A stretch of 64,000 nt of DNA from positions 73,532,968 through 73,596,967 of the forward strand of contig NC_083414.1 of assembly GCF_020745735.1 (NCBI RefSeq), written 5' to 3'. The stretch comes from Hemiscyllium ocellatum (lineage: Eukaryota). Shown in pieces: positions 11,516-25,130 of the stretch. A program made the translations under genes and the position numbers. Each line of letters starts with the position of its first letter. Within the stretch, counting starts at the first letter, position 1. The notes below the pieces were generated by a model. The model made no database searches and had not been told where the DNA came from. It saw nothing but the letters and a program-made list of their open reading frames with translations.

Positions 11516-14084
11516 TTATCATTTCTTTGAGATTTAGACAATGAATACTGATGAAAGATGCTTGTGGTCATCACTGACGAAAATGTAGCCCTAGTTTTAG
11601 ACTGGGAAGCAGGAACAAAATTGTAACTCCCTCCTTCAAGTCAGCGTACGTGGCCTGTCCTGACCCAGTCAGACTGGATTAGGAACAGAAGCGCTGTTTG
11701 TCATTGTGAGTCATACTGAAATCTCCATGTGTGTGGACATCAACTGAAGAACAGAGTTGGACATACTGCATTCTACCAAGGAGGGGAATTTGGTTTTGAT
11801 GCAGAACGAGAAGCAGAATTTTGAGCTCTAACATTCAATCAAAAGGACTTTTTATTTTTGTTTTGACAAATTGGAGAAATAAAGGGCCAACGAGTTGAAA
11901 CCTTTTGAATTTTTTTTTACCTGGTTAGGGTCACTGGTTACAGAGAGGCAAACAATAGCTGAACACTGAATGGGTCTTCAAACAAGGAGGGTCTGTGTGA
12001 CTTCTTCACTGCTGTGTACCCAATGGACAGACCAGAAATGCTGGCCTTAGACGCTGTGTTTTTAGGGCCTTTATCTGGCTTCTGTCCTGGTGCTCACTCC
12101 TGTCCCTTCAAGTACCAGGTCCTTATTCAGGACATAACAATATCAATGCATGGGGCATTCAGAAACAATGCAGCCTAAATACAACAGGTAAATCGCCATC
12201 ATCATTGTTTTTAATCTGCACAATATCCAGTGAGAGTCTTCAATTACATGAGAAAATAATATTCTTACCTGAGAGACCTTCAGGGAGTGGGCATGTAGCT
12301 GGCAGATGAAGTTCAAGGCAGACTAGTGTGAGGTGATATATTTTGGTATGAAGAACATGGAGAGTCAGTAGAAAATGCAGGGTACTATTCAAAAATAGTG
12401 CAGGAGCAAGAGCTGGAGATGTATGTGCATACAGTGGGCAGGACAGGGTGAAACATCTTTCCTTGGGTAAGGAAAACAAAATTAAAAATCCCACACGATT
12501 CTCCAGCAATGGTCTTAGCAGGGCCCTATATAGCTGCAATACAACTTTCTTGGTCCTGTACTCAAACCCTCTTGCAATGTAGGCCAAATATACCCTTTGC
12601 CATCCTGACTGCTTGCTGCACCTTCAAACAGTCTGTCACTGTTTGAATAATAGTCTGCCCCTCTGCTTTCCCAACTGAAATGGATAAACTCACACTTGTA
12701 TACATTAACAAAGCATACAATGTTCGAGGCTACATTCATAAGATCAGAGAGTATAGGAATAGTAAAGGAGTGATGAATTACTAAAAAACAATGGTTAGGT
12801 CTCAGCTGGAATATTGCACGCAGTTCTGCGGGTACCACACTATCAGAAGAATATTAACACATTTGAAGTGTGTTCAGAAGAGGAATATGAGAATAGTTCC
12901 AGGAACCAGGCAGATTGAACTCAAACTGTACTGCATCACCTGGGGAATTTAAAAGTGAATTTGTAATAGAAAGATGGTGGTGACCATGAAAGTACTGAAT
13001 TCTTGTAAAAACTCATCTGGTTTACCAATAGTCAAGTCAGAAACTCGAATTTAATTTTTTTGTCACTGACCTTATAAGAGGGAGATTAATAAACTCTGGA
13101 ATTGAAAGTGATGATGAATAGGAGCTGTCATCAATAGTCCTAAAAACCCATCTAGTGCATTAATGTCCTTTCGGGAGGGAAATCTGCCATCCTTTGTTTC
13201 CATGTAGGAAATGAGAGTTTAGATAGAGAGAAACTATTTCCTGTTCAGCTCAGTCTGGAACAGGGAAACCTTTTTAAATTCGAATGAGGCTATTCAGGGC
13301 TGTTAGCGACATGCTCTCCCATAAGTAGTGTACCTGTGTCAGCTCCCCAGCTCCCAAATACACTGCTGACAGTGAATTGAACCTTCAGACTGATTCCATT
13401 CTGTGCAGTGTGTTTTTTTTTTGGACAAGAGTATCATAAGATGTGAAGGAAAGGCATAAAAATGGAGTTGAAATACACACATCAGCTGTGATCTTACAAG
13501 AGGACAGGGACCTGAATGGCTCCTCCTGTTTCTACATTCCCTGTAAACAAGCACTTGCCAAACTACTTTCTAATGTTACTTCCACCTTAATACTTGGAAA
13601 GGATAGTGATAGTGACATGGGGAGAAAATGAAACGGCAATGAAATGGCAAGCAACTTTCAGTTATAAACTTTAACGATGATAAATCAACATATAACACAT
13701 ACGAAAATGTGTTCAAGTGCTTGTTAAAACGCTGTGATTTTGTCTTTCTTGGATGTTTTAGCCAAGGTCTCCATATCCCCTAGTGACAAAGTAAAACCCT
13801 CCCCAGATGTGTACACGTGGACAGACACCCCCCCTTTCTGTAGATTCCCACCCCATTTGCATGTCCTATAATCAGCTCCACTACATTCAGCTTCCCCGTG
13901 CATGCCTGTGCACATCCACACACACAGACAAATACATACAGACATAACCGCTTTCACCACCCATACACCCCATTGCCCTAGCTTTTCTTGTCTTGTTACT
14001 AGGGCCAGTGAAGCATGGCTCGCCTCTTTTTGTTTGATGGCACTGATTCTGTCAGAGTTAATGTTTACTTGTGGCTGATGGAAT

Positions 14085-14780
14085 TATACAGTTAATGGTA
14101 GGGCACCGGGGAGTGTTGTTGAGCAGAGAGGCTTCAGTGTGCAGGAGTATTGTTCTTTGAAAGTATAGTTGCAGGTAGAAGGCATTTGGCGCACTTGCCA
14201 TCACTGGTCAGAGCATTGAGTTAGGATGTCAGATGCATCTACAAGATGCTGATGAGGCTATTTATAGAGTACTGCATATAATTCTAGTCCCCTTTCTATA
14301 GTAAGGATGGTATTTAACTGGAAAGGGTACAGAAAAGATTTACGAGGATTTTGCCAGAAACTGGGGGTTTGAGTTACAGGGAGAGTTTGAATAGGCTGGG
14401 AATTTTTCCCTGGAGTGTCGGAGATTGAGGAATGTCGTTTATAAAATCATGAAGGGCATGGAGAGGATAAATAGCCAAGATCTTTTTCCCAGGGTGGGGT
14501 GCAAAACTAGAGGGCAGATGTTTTAGCTGAGAGAGGGAAAACTTAAAAAGGACCTGTGGGTTTTTCATGCAGAAGGTGGTGCATGTTTGGAGTGAGCTGC
14601 CAGGGGAAACATTGGCAGCAAGTACAATTGGCATTTAAAAGGCAAATGGGTGGGTGCATGAATAGGACTGATTTAGAGGGATATAGGCCAAATGTAGACA
14701 AATGGGACTAGGTCAAGTTGGGATGTCTGGTTGGCATGGATGTGTTGGACTGAAAGGTCTGTTTCCGTGCCATTTGACTG
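14085..14780 (+). mobile_element. CR1-type LINE 3' fragment
   Basis: CR1 C-terminus remnants and 3'UTR ending ~25 nt before the ABHD14A acceptor. Confidence 0.75.
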
Positions 14781-14806
14781 TGCCTACTTAACGTTTTGTT
14801 CAATAG

Positions 14807-15042
14807 GGTATGGGAATACCCCACTGTTGGATATTGACAAAGTAGACAAGGACAGAGCTGACTTCCTGCTGGCCTTTCTGAACGCTGTGGGACTCCAGGC
14901 ACCAGTCGTCGTCAGTCCCTCAATGAGCGGTCACTTCTCCATTCCATTTCTGATGTTTTACGCCCAGCGACTGAAGGGCTTTGTCCCCATTGCACCTGCT
15001 GGGACGAATCTCTACAATGCTGACCAGTATGAGAAGATCCAG
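14807..15042 (+). CDS. ABHD14A: ABHD14A coding exon 3 (236 nt; nucleophile elbow SPSMSG)
   Basis: GYGN..VVVSPSMSGHFSIPFL..LKGFVPIAP; caatag| acceptor, CAG|gtaagc donor; phases join correctly. Confidence 0.95.
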
Positions 15043-15869
15043 GTAAGCTGCTGTCATTCAATCCTCTGTCATTCTAAGCTTCATTTTCCTTCTTATCCTG
15101 GTCATTGAGGTGAGCAGTTGTACTTTGTGGCCAGGAGGCTATATCCCACCCGAGTTATGAAAGCCAGCTGTCCAAACCAAACTCATCCCGGCTGCCTTCT
15201 GAATAATGGCAATATCTTTTCACTCGTGAACAAGGTTCTCTTTCATCCATTAGCTCGTTGTGGGTGATTGCGTTAGTATCATGGCTTTAACAGGAACCTG
15301 GTGGATGAGTGAGACGTCCTTATGACCTCCTACTCGCCTGGAATCTCATCTTCTTTCACCCTCCACCTCCTTTCCCAGTACATCCAAATACCACACTAAC
15401 TCGTGACATTTTCACTACTTTCCCTTCCCTGTCTCCGTACTGAGTAACATCTCACTTTGCCGTGAGTTTAAACCTGCAGCGCAGCTCATTACAGTCTCTG
15501 AGTTCACAGAATATAAATCCTCTCTTCATCAATCACTGACTCAGGAGCACAGCTTCAACTGTGCTATCTTACAGTCCCCTATTCCTATCACATCAATCAA
15601 TTTCTGATCACTTTCAGCCAATCGCTGTCCACTCACATCACTCGGTGTCCTCCCAAACCCACTTCCTTCTGTCTGGCCTGGAGGGGACTTTCCCTAAAAC
15701 TGCATGTATAAATCCCCAGCTCCAGCTTTGCATTCACCCTGCTGCTGATCTACTAACTTGTACTCTTATAAATAAAAAAAATTGGCAATATCTTCATTGA
15801 AACTACTGTGTCTCGGTCTGACCTGGCTCGCTTCCTGTTTCCACTCCTTTTAAGTCTATGCATGATCGG

Positions 15870-16170
15870 AGGAGGTGATGGCGTCATGCTATTATCATTA
15901 GACAATTGATCCAGAGACCCAGCTAATGTTTCTAGGCTTAAATCCTGTCATGGCAGATGGTGGAATTTGCATTCTATAATTTTTTTTAAAAATCTGGAAT
16001 TAAGAGTCGAATGATGACCATGAAGCTGTTGTCGATTGTCAGAAAAGCCTATCTGTTTCACTCATGACCTTTAGGAAAGGAAGCTGACATCCTCGTGTGA
16101 TCTGGGCAACATGTGACTCCAGATCCACAGTTGACTCTTAAACTGCCCTCTCCAATGGGCGAATAAAATA
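15870..16170 (+). mobile_element. SacSINE1/DeuSINE-like SINE
   Basis: atccagagacccagctaatg..ggcagatggtggaattt..catgtgactccagatccacag core. Confidence 0.6.
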
Positions 16171-16274
16171 AAAACGCTTCAAGGTTTATTGTGGATAACT
16201 GTTTTAATGTATTTACTGCCAGATCCAACCAGGCAATGTGAAGCACTATCAGGTGCAGCCAAAGTTGCTCACTC

Positions 16275-17600
16275 AGAGTCGTATAGCATGGAAACAGACT
16301 CTTTGGTCCAACTTGTCCATGCCGATCGCATTTTCTAAACTAAGCTGGTTCCATTTGCCTATGTTTGGCCCATATCCCTCTTAAACCTTTCTGATCCATG
16401 TACTTGTCCAAATGTCTTTTAAATGTTGTAATTGCACTTGCCTCTACCACTTCCTCTGGCAGCTCGTTCCACACACACCACCCCCCAATGTGAAAAAGGT
16501 GCCCCTCAGGTCCATTTTATATCTTTCTTCTCTCATTTCCACCTATGCCCTCTAGCTTTGAACCTCCCTTTCCTGGGAAAAAGACCTTGGCAATTCACCT
16601 TATCTATGCCCCTCGTGATTTTATAAACCCTCCATATGGTCACCCCTCAACTTCCTACATTCAGGAAAGAAGTCCCTACCTGTTCATCCTCTGCTTATAA
16701 TGTGAACCCTCCAGTCTTGTTAACGTCCTTGTATATCTTTTCTGCACCTAATTTAATAATACCCTTCCTATAGAAGGACAATCAGAAGTGTACACAATAC
16801 TCCAAAATGGGCCTCGCCAATGTCCTGAACAGCGGCAACATAACATTCTAACTCCTATGCTCAATGCACTGACCAACGAATGCAAGTGTGTCAAACGCCG
16901 CCTTCACCAGCCTGTCTACCTGTGACGTCACTTTCAAGGAACTATCCACCTGAACCCTTGGGTGTCTCTGTTTGACAACACTCCCCAAGGCCCATTAACT
17001 GTATGAGTCCTATCCTGGTTTGCCTTTCCAAAATGCAACACCTTACATTTATCTAAATGAAACTCCTAGGCCCGTTGACCCAGCTGATCAAGATCCCATT
17101 GTGCTCTTAGATAACCTTCTTCGCTGTCCACTATACCACCAATTCTGGTGTCATCCACAAACGTACTAACCACGCGTTCTATATTCTCATCCAAATTGTT
17201 TATATAGGTCATAGAGATGTACAGCACAGAATGAGACCCTTCGGTCCAACTCATCCATGCCAACCAGATATCCTAACCTAATCTAGTCCCACCTGCCAGC
17301 ACCCGGCCTATTTCCCTCCAAACGCTTCCTGTTCATATACCCATCCAAATGCCTTTTAAATGTTGCAACTGTGCTAGCCTCCACCACATCCACTGGCAGC
17401 TCATCCTACACGCATGCCATCCTCTGCGTGCAAAAGTTACCCCATAGGTCTCTCTCATATCTTTCCCTTTCACCCTAAACCAGAGGAAGTGGTGGAGGCT
17501 GGAACAATTGCAACATTTATGAGGCATCTGGATGGTTAGATAATTAGGAAAGGTTATCTGGTCGGCATGGACAGGTTGGACCGAAGGGTCTGTTTCCATG
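16275..17600 (-). mobile_element. CR1 fragments, including an inverted pair of CR1 3' ends at 17207-17600
   Basis: Minus-strand INNLDENIERVVSTFVDDTRIGG (FADD-like); catagagatgtacagca...tgctgtacatctctatg termini. Confidence 0.8.
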
Positions 17601-18479
17601 CTGTACATCTCTATGACTCCATAGCTGACAAAGGGAATGCGAACGTGACAGCTGTCCTAACATTCTCTCTTTTTGTTTTCAGTGTTTCGCTTCACTATAT
17701 TCTGACAGTAGTAACTAAAACCATGAGGGGACCATTATTTTTCATACAGATTGGGATACACAGGCTAGCACATCAGGAAGGTCATGAATTCCTTGGCTGT
17801 GTTCAAAGTAATTCTCCGGAACACTATTGTCCGTGCACCAACATGGAAGGCCGGAATAGATTTTGTCATGTAGTAAACCAGATTTGATTAACTGCCACAT
17901 GGTGCATGATCATTTATCTAATAGTGCTTATAGTATCATTGTGATCCACATGGTGTTTGAAAAAGAGAAATGCAAAACAACTGCAAAGATTTGAGATTTC
18001 AGTACAGTTGACTTCAATGGCTTGAGACAGAGTCTGTCCACAGTAAATCTGTTAATGGGTAAGATGGTAGAAGAGGTGTTTCAACCCTTTTATTGTGCGG
18101 GTTGATGTCACACTGAGTTTCGGGTTGAAACTATTTATTATACGTTAATACAAAATACAGATCTTCATGGTCAACATAGAATACTGGGCTCTAACTTAGT
18201 TAGATGAGGGAAGGTCTTATTGTATATTTGTGTTGATATTGTTACAACACAGAGGTGAACCCCTCTGTTAATTAAACCAACCACCCAGAAAGGCTCACCT
18301 CGTCTTGTAATCTGTTAAAGTATGACTAATGGAGAATTCCCAAATTCCGCTACTTAAAGAAAATAACATCAATTTATTTAATTTTAAAAGTGAACATTAA
18401 ACAATAATTATTCACCACTCTGAGACTCCCTTTGCCTTAACTGCTTACTATCTGTCTCCAACACTATAACAATAATCTG

Positions 18480-20033
18480 AAGATGTGTTGGGCATTTTGA
18501 AAAACTTGAGGATAGACAAGTCCCCCGGGCCTGACGGGATACATGTGGGATTATGTGGGAAGCAAGAGAGGAAATTGCAGAGCCGTTGGCAATGACCTTT
18601 TCGTCTTCACTGTCAACGGGGGTGGTTCCAGGGGACTAGAGAGTGGCGAATGTTGTGCCCCTGTTCAAAAAAGGGAATAGGGATAACCCCGGGAATTACA
18701 GGCCAGTTAGTCTTACTTCTGTGGTAGGCAAAGTAATGGAAAGGGTACTGAGAGATAGGATTTATGAGTATTTGGAAAGACACTGCATGATTAGGGACAG
18801 CCAGCACGGATTTGTGAGGGGTAGGTCTTACCTTACATGTCTTATTGAATTCTTTGAGGAGGTGACCAAGCATGTGGATGAGGGTAGAGCAGTGGATGTT
18901 GTGTACATGGATTTTAGTAAGGCGTTTGATAAGGTTCCCCATGGTAGGCTTATGCGGAAAGTCAGGAGGCATGGGATAGTGAGAAATTTGGCCAGTTAGA
19001 TAGAGAACTGGCTAACTGGTCGAAGTCAGAGAATGGTGGTAGATGGTAAATATTCAGCCTGGAGCCCAGTTACAAGTGGAGTTCCGCAGGGATCAGTTCT
19101 GGGTCCTCTGCTGTTTGTAATTTTTATTAATGACTTGGAAGAGGGAGACGAAGGGTGGGTCAGTAAATTTGCAGATGATACGAAAATAGGTGGAGTTGTG
19201 GATAGTGAGGAGGGCTGTTGTCGGCTGCGAAGGGACTGAGATATGATGCAGAGCTGGGCTGAGGAGTGGCAGATGGAATTCAACCCTGTCAAGTGTGAGG
19301 TTGTCCATTTTGGAAGAACAAATAAGAATGCGGAATACTGGGTTAACGGTAGGGTTCTTAGTCAGGTGGAGGAACAGAGGGATCTTGGGGTCTATGTACA
19401 TAGATCTTTGAAAGTTGCCACTCAGGTGGATAGAGCTTGTAAGAAGGCCTCTGGTGTATTAGCGTTCATTAGCAGAGGGATTGAATTCAAGAGTCGTGAG
19501 GTGATGTTGCAGCTGTACAGGACCTTGGTAAGGCCACATTTGGAGTACTGTGTGCAGTTCGGGTCGCCTCACTTTAGGAAAGATTTGGAGTGGGTGCAGA
19601 GGAGATTTACCAGGCTGTTGCCTGGAATGGAGAATAGGTCATACGAGGATAGGTTGAGAGTGCTAGGCCTTTTCTCATTGGAATGGTGAAGGATGAGGGG
19701 TGACTTGATAGAGGTTTATAAGATGATCAGAGGAATAGATAGAGTAGACAGTCAGAGACTTTTTCCCCGGTACAACAGAGTGTTACAAGGGGACATAAAT
19801 TTAAGGTGAAGGGTGGAAGGTATAGGGGGGATGTCAGGGGTAGGTTCTTTACCCAGAGTGTGGTAGGGGCATGGAATGCGCTGCCTGTGGGAGTGGTAGA
19901 GTCAGAATCATTGGTGACCTTTAAGCGGCAATTGGATCGGTACATGGATAGGTGCTTAAGCTCGGACAAATGTTCGGCACAACCTCGTGGGCCGAAGGGC
20001 CTGTTCTGTGCTGTATTGTTCTATGTTCTATGT
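18480..20033 (+). mobile_element. CR1 LINE, 5'-truncated, RT domain with nonsense mutations
   Basis: [45 protein letters not shown]; stops at 18997, 19237, 19687; (gttctat)n tail; aataatctg/aatattctg flanks. Confidence 0.95.
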
Positions 20034-20087
20034 TTTAATATTCTGTTCCAATTAGACACTTATTAAAATTACATCAACTTAATTTCT

Positions 20088-20462
20088 AAGGCTGAGGGGT
20101 GACCTTATATAGGTTTATAAAATCATGAGGGGCATGAATAGGATAAATAGACAAGCTCTCTTCCCTGGGGTGAGGGAGTCCCGAACTAGAGGGCGTAGGT
20201 TTAGGGTGAGAGGGGAAAGATATAAAAGAGACCTAAGGGGAAATATTTTCACACAGAGGGTGGTACGTGTATAGAATGAACTGCTAGAGGAAGTGGGGGA
20301 TGCTAATACAATTGCATCATTTAAAAGACATCTGGAAGGGTTGGAGGGATATGGGCTGGGTGCTGGCAGGTGGGATTAGATTGGATTGGGATATCTGGAC
20401 AGCGTGGACAAGTTAGACTGAACGGTCTGTTTCCATGTTGTACATCTCTATGACTATGACTC
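20088..20462 (+). mobile_element. CR1 LINE 3' fragment
   Basis: ggctgaggggtgacctt..; tail ctatgactatgact. Confidence 0.85.
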
Positions 20463-21046
20463 TCTGAATTGTTGTCAAAATAGCAACCTAAACTCAGGTA
20501 TCCATTTCATAGCCAAATGTTACATATTTTCAATTTTCCAGTACCTCTGGGATTGCCATCTAGTCATATACACAGATGCTTGTATGCTCTTAGTTCAGAA
20601 CAGCATTCTCTCTCTTTTAAAGGTACTGTATACACCTTCACCTTCATAACAATACGCTCTGCATTCCTTCCAGAGAGTCTTCTCCCTTGTGTGTCTTCCA
20701 GAGTGATCCTTCTGGTCTGGCTTAAGTTCCAACCCTGCCCGCATTGTTCTGTTTATACCGAGTGAGGTACATCTCCATAATATCAAAAGTTGCAACAGGG
20801 TTCTAATTCAGGGTTACAATGTTCACACCTGTTCAGTAGAATACCCTTTAAGGCTGTTGTGCTTAATCAGAAATGCCCATTCCAAAATGGACCTCTGCAG
20901 TGGAGATTGCAGATCGATGTTGACCTCCCATGGACCACATCTCTGTCACCAGGAAGTCAATTTATATCTGATTAAAGTCTGGTTGAAGATTTGTAGCTCG
21001 GGTGTCCGTTGTTGTGGTTCTGTTCGCCGAGCTGGAAGTTTTTGCT

Positions 21047-21086
21047 GCAAACGTTTTGTTCCCTGGCTAGGGAACATCATCAGTGC
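21047..21086 (-). ncRNA. Minimal type-I hammerhead motif, core-mutated (G12A)
   Basis: GCA-CUGAUGA-uguuccc..gggaac-AAAAC-GUU-UGC; GAAA core reads AAAA. Confidence 0.6.
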
Positions 21087-21711
21087 TATTGGAGCCTCCT
21101 GTGAAGCGCTGCTTTGATGTTTCTTCCAGTATTTATAGTGGTTTGTTCTTGCCGCTTCCGGGTGTCAGTTTCAGCTGTAGTAGTTTGTATGTGGGGTCCA
21201 GGTCGATGTGTCTGTTGATGGATGTTCTTGCCGCTTCCGGGTGTCAGTTTCAGCTGTAGTGGTTTGTATATGGGGTCCAGGTCCATGTGTCTGTTAATGG
21301 AGTTTGTGGATGAATGCCATGCCTCTAGGAATTCCCTGGCTGTTCTCTGTCTGGCTTGTCCTATGATGGTAGTGTTTTCCCAGTCAAATTCATGTTCCTG
21401 GTTGTCTGAGTGTATGGCTACTAGGGATAGCTGGTCGTGTCGTTAGCTATCCCTAGTAGCCATACACTCAGACAACCAGGAACATGAATTTGACTGGGAA
21501 AACACTACCATCATAGGACAAGCCAGACAGAGAACAGCCAGGGAATTCCTAGAGGCATGGCATTCATCCACAAACTCCATTAACAGACACATGGACCTGG
21601 ACCCCATATACAAACCACTACAGCTGAAACTGACACCCGGAAGCGGCAAGAACAAACCACTATAAATACCGGAAGAAACACCAAAGCAGCGCTTCACAGG
21701 AGGCTCCAATA

Positions 21712-21751
21712 GCACTGATGATGTTCCCTAGCCAGGGAACAAAACGTTTGC
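21712..21751 (+). ncRNA. Minimal type-I hammerhead motif, core-mutated (G12A)
   Basis: Mirror copy of 21047-21086 with the same mutation at 21741. Confidence 0.6.
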
Positions 21752-22028
21752 AGCAAAAACTTCCAGCTCGGCGAACAGAACCTATATCCGATTACTTGGT
21801 CACTGTGTGTGCCATTTATGGGATCTTGCCATATGCTAATTGACTGCCATGATACCTACTTTACATCAGGAACTGCACCTCTAAAATGTTTCATTCATTG
21901 TAAAGTGCTTTGGGATGTGCTGATGTTGTGAACAATGGGTTTTTTTTGTTTGTGTGCCTCAGTTGGGTTGCGCTGGCAGAGGTGGTACTATTTCACATAG
22001 GGAACTAAATCTATGCTTCTCTTTGCAG

Positions 22029-22208
22029 ACCCCGACCCTGATTGTTTTTGGAGAATTGGACACTAATCTGGGTGTGCAGTCCCTGAAAAACTTAAAGTAT
22101 CTTCCCCATCACTCTGTCTTCAAGATCCCAACAGCTCGTCACGCCTGTTACCTTGATGAACCACACTTGTTCCATACTACTTTATTGGACTTTCTAACTA
22201 GATTTTAG
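22029..22208 (+). CDS. ABHD14A: ABHD14A coding exon 4 (terminal; catalytic Asp and His)
   Basis: ctttgcag| acceptor; TPTLIVFGELD..ARHACYLDEP..F-stop; total CDS 263+116+236+180=795 nt (264 aa). Confidence 0.95.
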   Translation, partial: TPTLIVFGELDTNLGVQSLKNLKYLPHHSVFKIPTARHACYLDEPHLFHTTLLDFLTRF

Positions 22209-24419
22209 CTTTGAGTGTTTATACCACTGATGTCACTGTGCACTGGGAACTGTCCGTTTAAAACAATTAAGACCAGCTCCAAACTAGCTTCATCAACAAT
22301 TGTTATTAATTTCTCAGAGTCAGACTCTGCAACAGGAGGAACTAAAACTAACTATTTCAGATTTATTTCAAAACAACTTCCTCAGTATATATTAGTTAAA
22401 ACGTGAAAAATTCACAGATTGGAAAACACAGTTTCGAAGAGATAAAGATTTAGTCCAGTTTCGGGCCGATTGGGTAAATGTCCCCATATAGACCTGGGAA
22501 ATTTCGGGTTTGCTCCCTGGCCAAAGCTGAAGAGGCTGAACTCTTTCATTGTAGGACTAAACCTCACAAAACAGACAGGACTAAGGCTTTGGCCTTAGCT
22601 TCTGTTTGCTGAGCTGAGTTTAGACTGGAACACAGTAAAAATGCCAAATGTAGGTCCAACTTCCTCCACTATTCCTTTTTTCCAACTGCTTTCTAAAATA
22701 TTAATTCTGTCTCGTAGGGGAATTTATTTTATAACCTGATCAAAGAAATTAGGCCATGCAAGTATTCTTAAAATTCACTAGCTGTCTTCACCTTTTCACT
22801 GAGCGTCTGTGATGCTGATGTCTGCTGTTACACGTTTAGACCATTGAGGGGCAGTCATGTGTTCTTTGAACCCAGAAACTGCGCACTCCTACTTGAACTG
22901 ATTTTAATCTACCATTTACCTACTTCTCTTTAACAAAATTCCAGTATTTCAAGGAAGAATTGAAACACATTTCAGAATGAGTACAGATTTCACAACATGT
23001 GCCTGTCATATTTTAACATTTCACTGAGGAAAAGCCAAAGGCTTGTCGTTGAAAGCCCTTGGGCCTGATGTTTTGACTCAGAGCTTTGACACTGAGCTGG
23101 TTTTTGGCCTATTGAATTTTCTCCGTTCTCTCTGGTTTCAAAATGAAGTGTTGATAAGTTTCAGAAAATGTTTTAAGTCGAGAAACGGGCTTGTCTCATG
23201 CTATTTCTGGTTGTTGAACAAAAATTAATTTCAAGCCAGCTAATTATTTGACTGTTTTGAATTTTTAAAAAAAACATTATTGCTTAAAGAAAAATCAGTG
23301 TCTTTTTTTTAAACACATAATTAAGCTATTCCCTTGAGTTGGATTCATTCTTCAATTAGATCGGGTGCTTGATCTGAATCTCAATCTCGTTTGCCCACTA
23401 TTCTTCCAGATTCCTCAATGGATGTTCCCAACAAATATCTATCAGTGGCAGTCTTTAAATTTTGTCCCCTGCATTTTTGTGACAGCTGTAATGTAGAGCT
23501 GACCAAAGTAAATTTGTTTGTGCTGAGAAAATGGCGCACTGTCCTTTCTTCCTGTCACTGCAGCTGCCACCTGAGGCCTTATATCTGCACCCCCCCCCCC
23601 CCCATCCCCAACACTCTGTGGAACTGCCTGTTATGCATCAAGTCTCGCCAAGCAATCACCCTTTTGTTTCCTAGATCTGTATGACCTTATACCTCAATAG
23701 CTCCTTCGTAGGAGGGTTATCGGACAGAGGCTAACACTGAGACACATTGAGGTCAGATTTTGTGACGAGGCAGTGCTCCCTCTTTCAGACTGAATATTAA
23801 TATGAAATTCTGCCCAGGTCTCCTGAGGCACACCCAAGGTGGTGTTATTGAAAGATGAGTAGGGAGTTCTTCCCCAGTGTCTGGGCTAATAATTGCCACT
23901 CAATCAACATTCACAAAAAGAGATAGTATAGTCATGATCAGCTTACAGTTGTGAGACCAACTGATGACCATTTTTCCCACATTATAACAGTGACAGCACT
24001 ACAACAATATTTGAACACAGTACTGCCAGATGCTGGCAATTGGAATAAATGCTGGAAATACTTCAGTGTCTGTGAAAACAAACACAACTGAGACATCCAA
24101 GAGAGATTTGGATAAGGATCTGAAAGAAATTGCTGCATTTTGTGGAAGGTGAATGGGCCTGAGAGCTTACATGGGTCACAATTGGCCAAATGGCCTCAAT
24201 TTGTGCTGTGATTAGAGGGGGTACTGCAGAACCTGTTCCTACTGCCTTTTCAAGCCATGTATTCAGAACTCCGAGTTAACAAAATTCTCCTCCTCTCAGA
24301 ACTTGTTCAAACAGAGATTAGAACTGGGACCACTCTGATTCACGACTTCCAAAAACCAATTGGACTTTGGGATCAGAAGCGCTTTCTTAAAATTTCTAAT
24401 GACAATAAAATCAAATGTT

Positions 24420-24795
24420 GGAATGAATGGAGAAGGATATTTACAAGGTACATTTTACTGGAGCATAGGAGATTGAGGGATGAGCTTATGAGATTTATAG
24501 AATAATGAGGGGGATAGATTATGTGAATAACAAGGGTTTTTTTCTCTTGTTAGAATGGTGAAGTTCAAACCTAGGGCCTGTATTTTTAAGGTGAAAGGAC
24601 ATGGGCTTTTTTTTCACGCAGGGTGGTTTGTATGTGGAATGAACTGCCAGAGGAAGTGGTAGAAGCAGGTACAATTACAACATTTAAAAGACATTTATAT
24701 AAGTACATGAATCGGAAAGGTTTGAAGGGCCAAATGTGGTTTGGAAATATGGTTAACGTGGACTAGTTTGACTGTTTCAATGCTGTACGACTACA
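24420..24795 (+). mobile_element. CR1 3' fragment
   Basis: LEHRRLRDELM; ggaatgaactgccagaggaagtggtagaagcaggtacaatt. Confidence 0.75.
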
Positions 24796-24870
24796 TGCAA
24801 AATGGACATGAAATTGGCAAATGATCTTCAATGGAGGTAAAAGTGCCATGTTACACTTTGGTTGGAAGAC

Positions 24871-25130
24871 ATTAGTTAGATTCCCTACAGTGTGGAAACA
24901 GGCCCTTCAGCGCAACAACTCCATACCGACCCTCCAAAGAATAACACACTCAGACCCATTTCTCTCTGACTAATGTGCCTAACAGTATGGGCAATTTAAC
25001 GTGGTCAATTCAACTGAAATGCACATCTTTGGACTGTGGGAGGAAACCCACGCAGACACGGGGAGAATGTGCAAACTCCACACAGACAGTCAGCCGAGGC
25101 TGGAATCGAACCAGGGACCCTGGTGCTAAG
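24871..25130 (-). mobile_element. HE1-type V-SINE
   Basis: Reverse complement of tail and V-domain. Confidence 0.85.

Larger units (their letters stand above)
20975..21782. mobile_element. Penelope-like (Poseidon-type) 3'/pLTR fragment inserted as an inverted duplication
   Basis: Arms 21016-21432 and 21445-21782, 12-nt loop; GIY-YIG C-terminal peptide LSLVAIHSDNQEHEFDWENTTIIGQARQRTAREFLEAWHS; TSD tatatctgatta (20963-20974) / tatatccgatta (21783-21794). Confidence 0.88.

Noticed and set aside
18643-19689. Active reverse transcriptase gene
   Set aside because: 5'-truncated CR1 with in-frame stops and frameshifts
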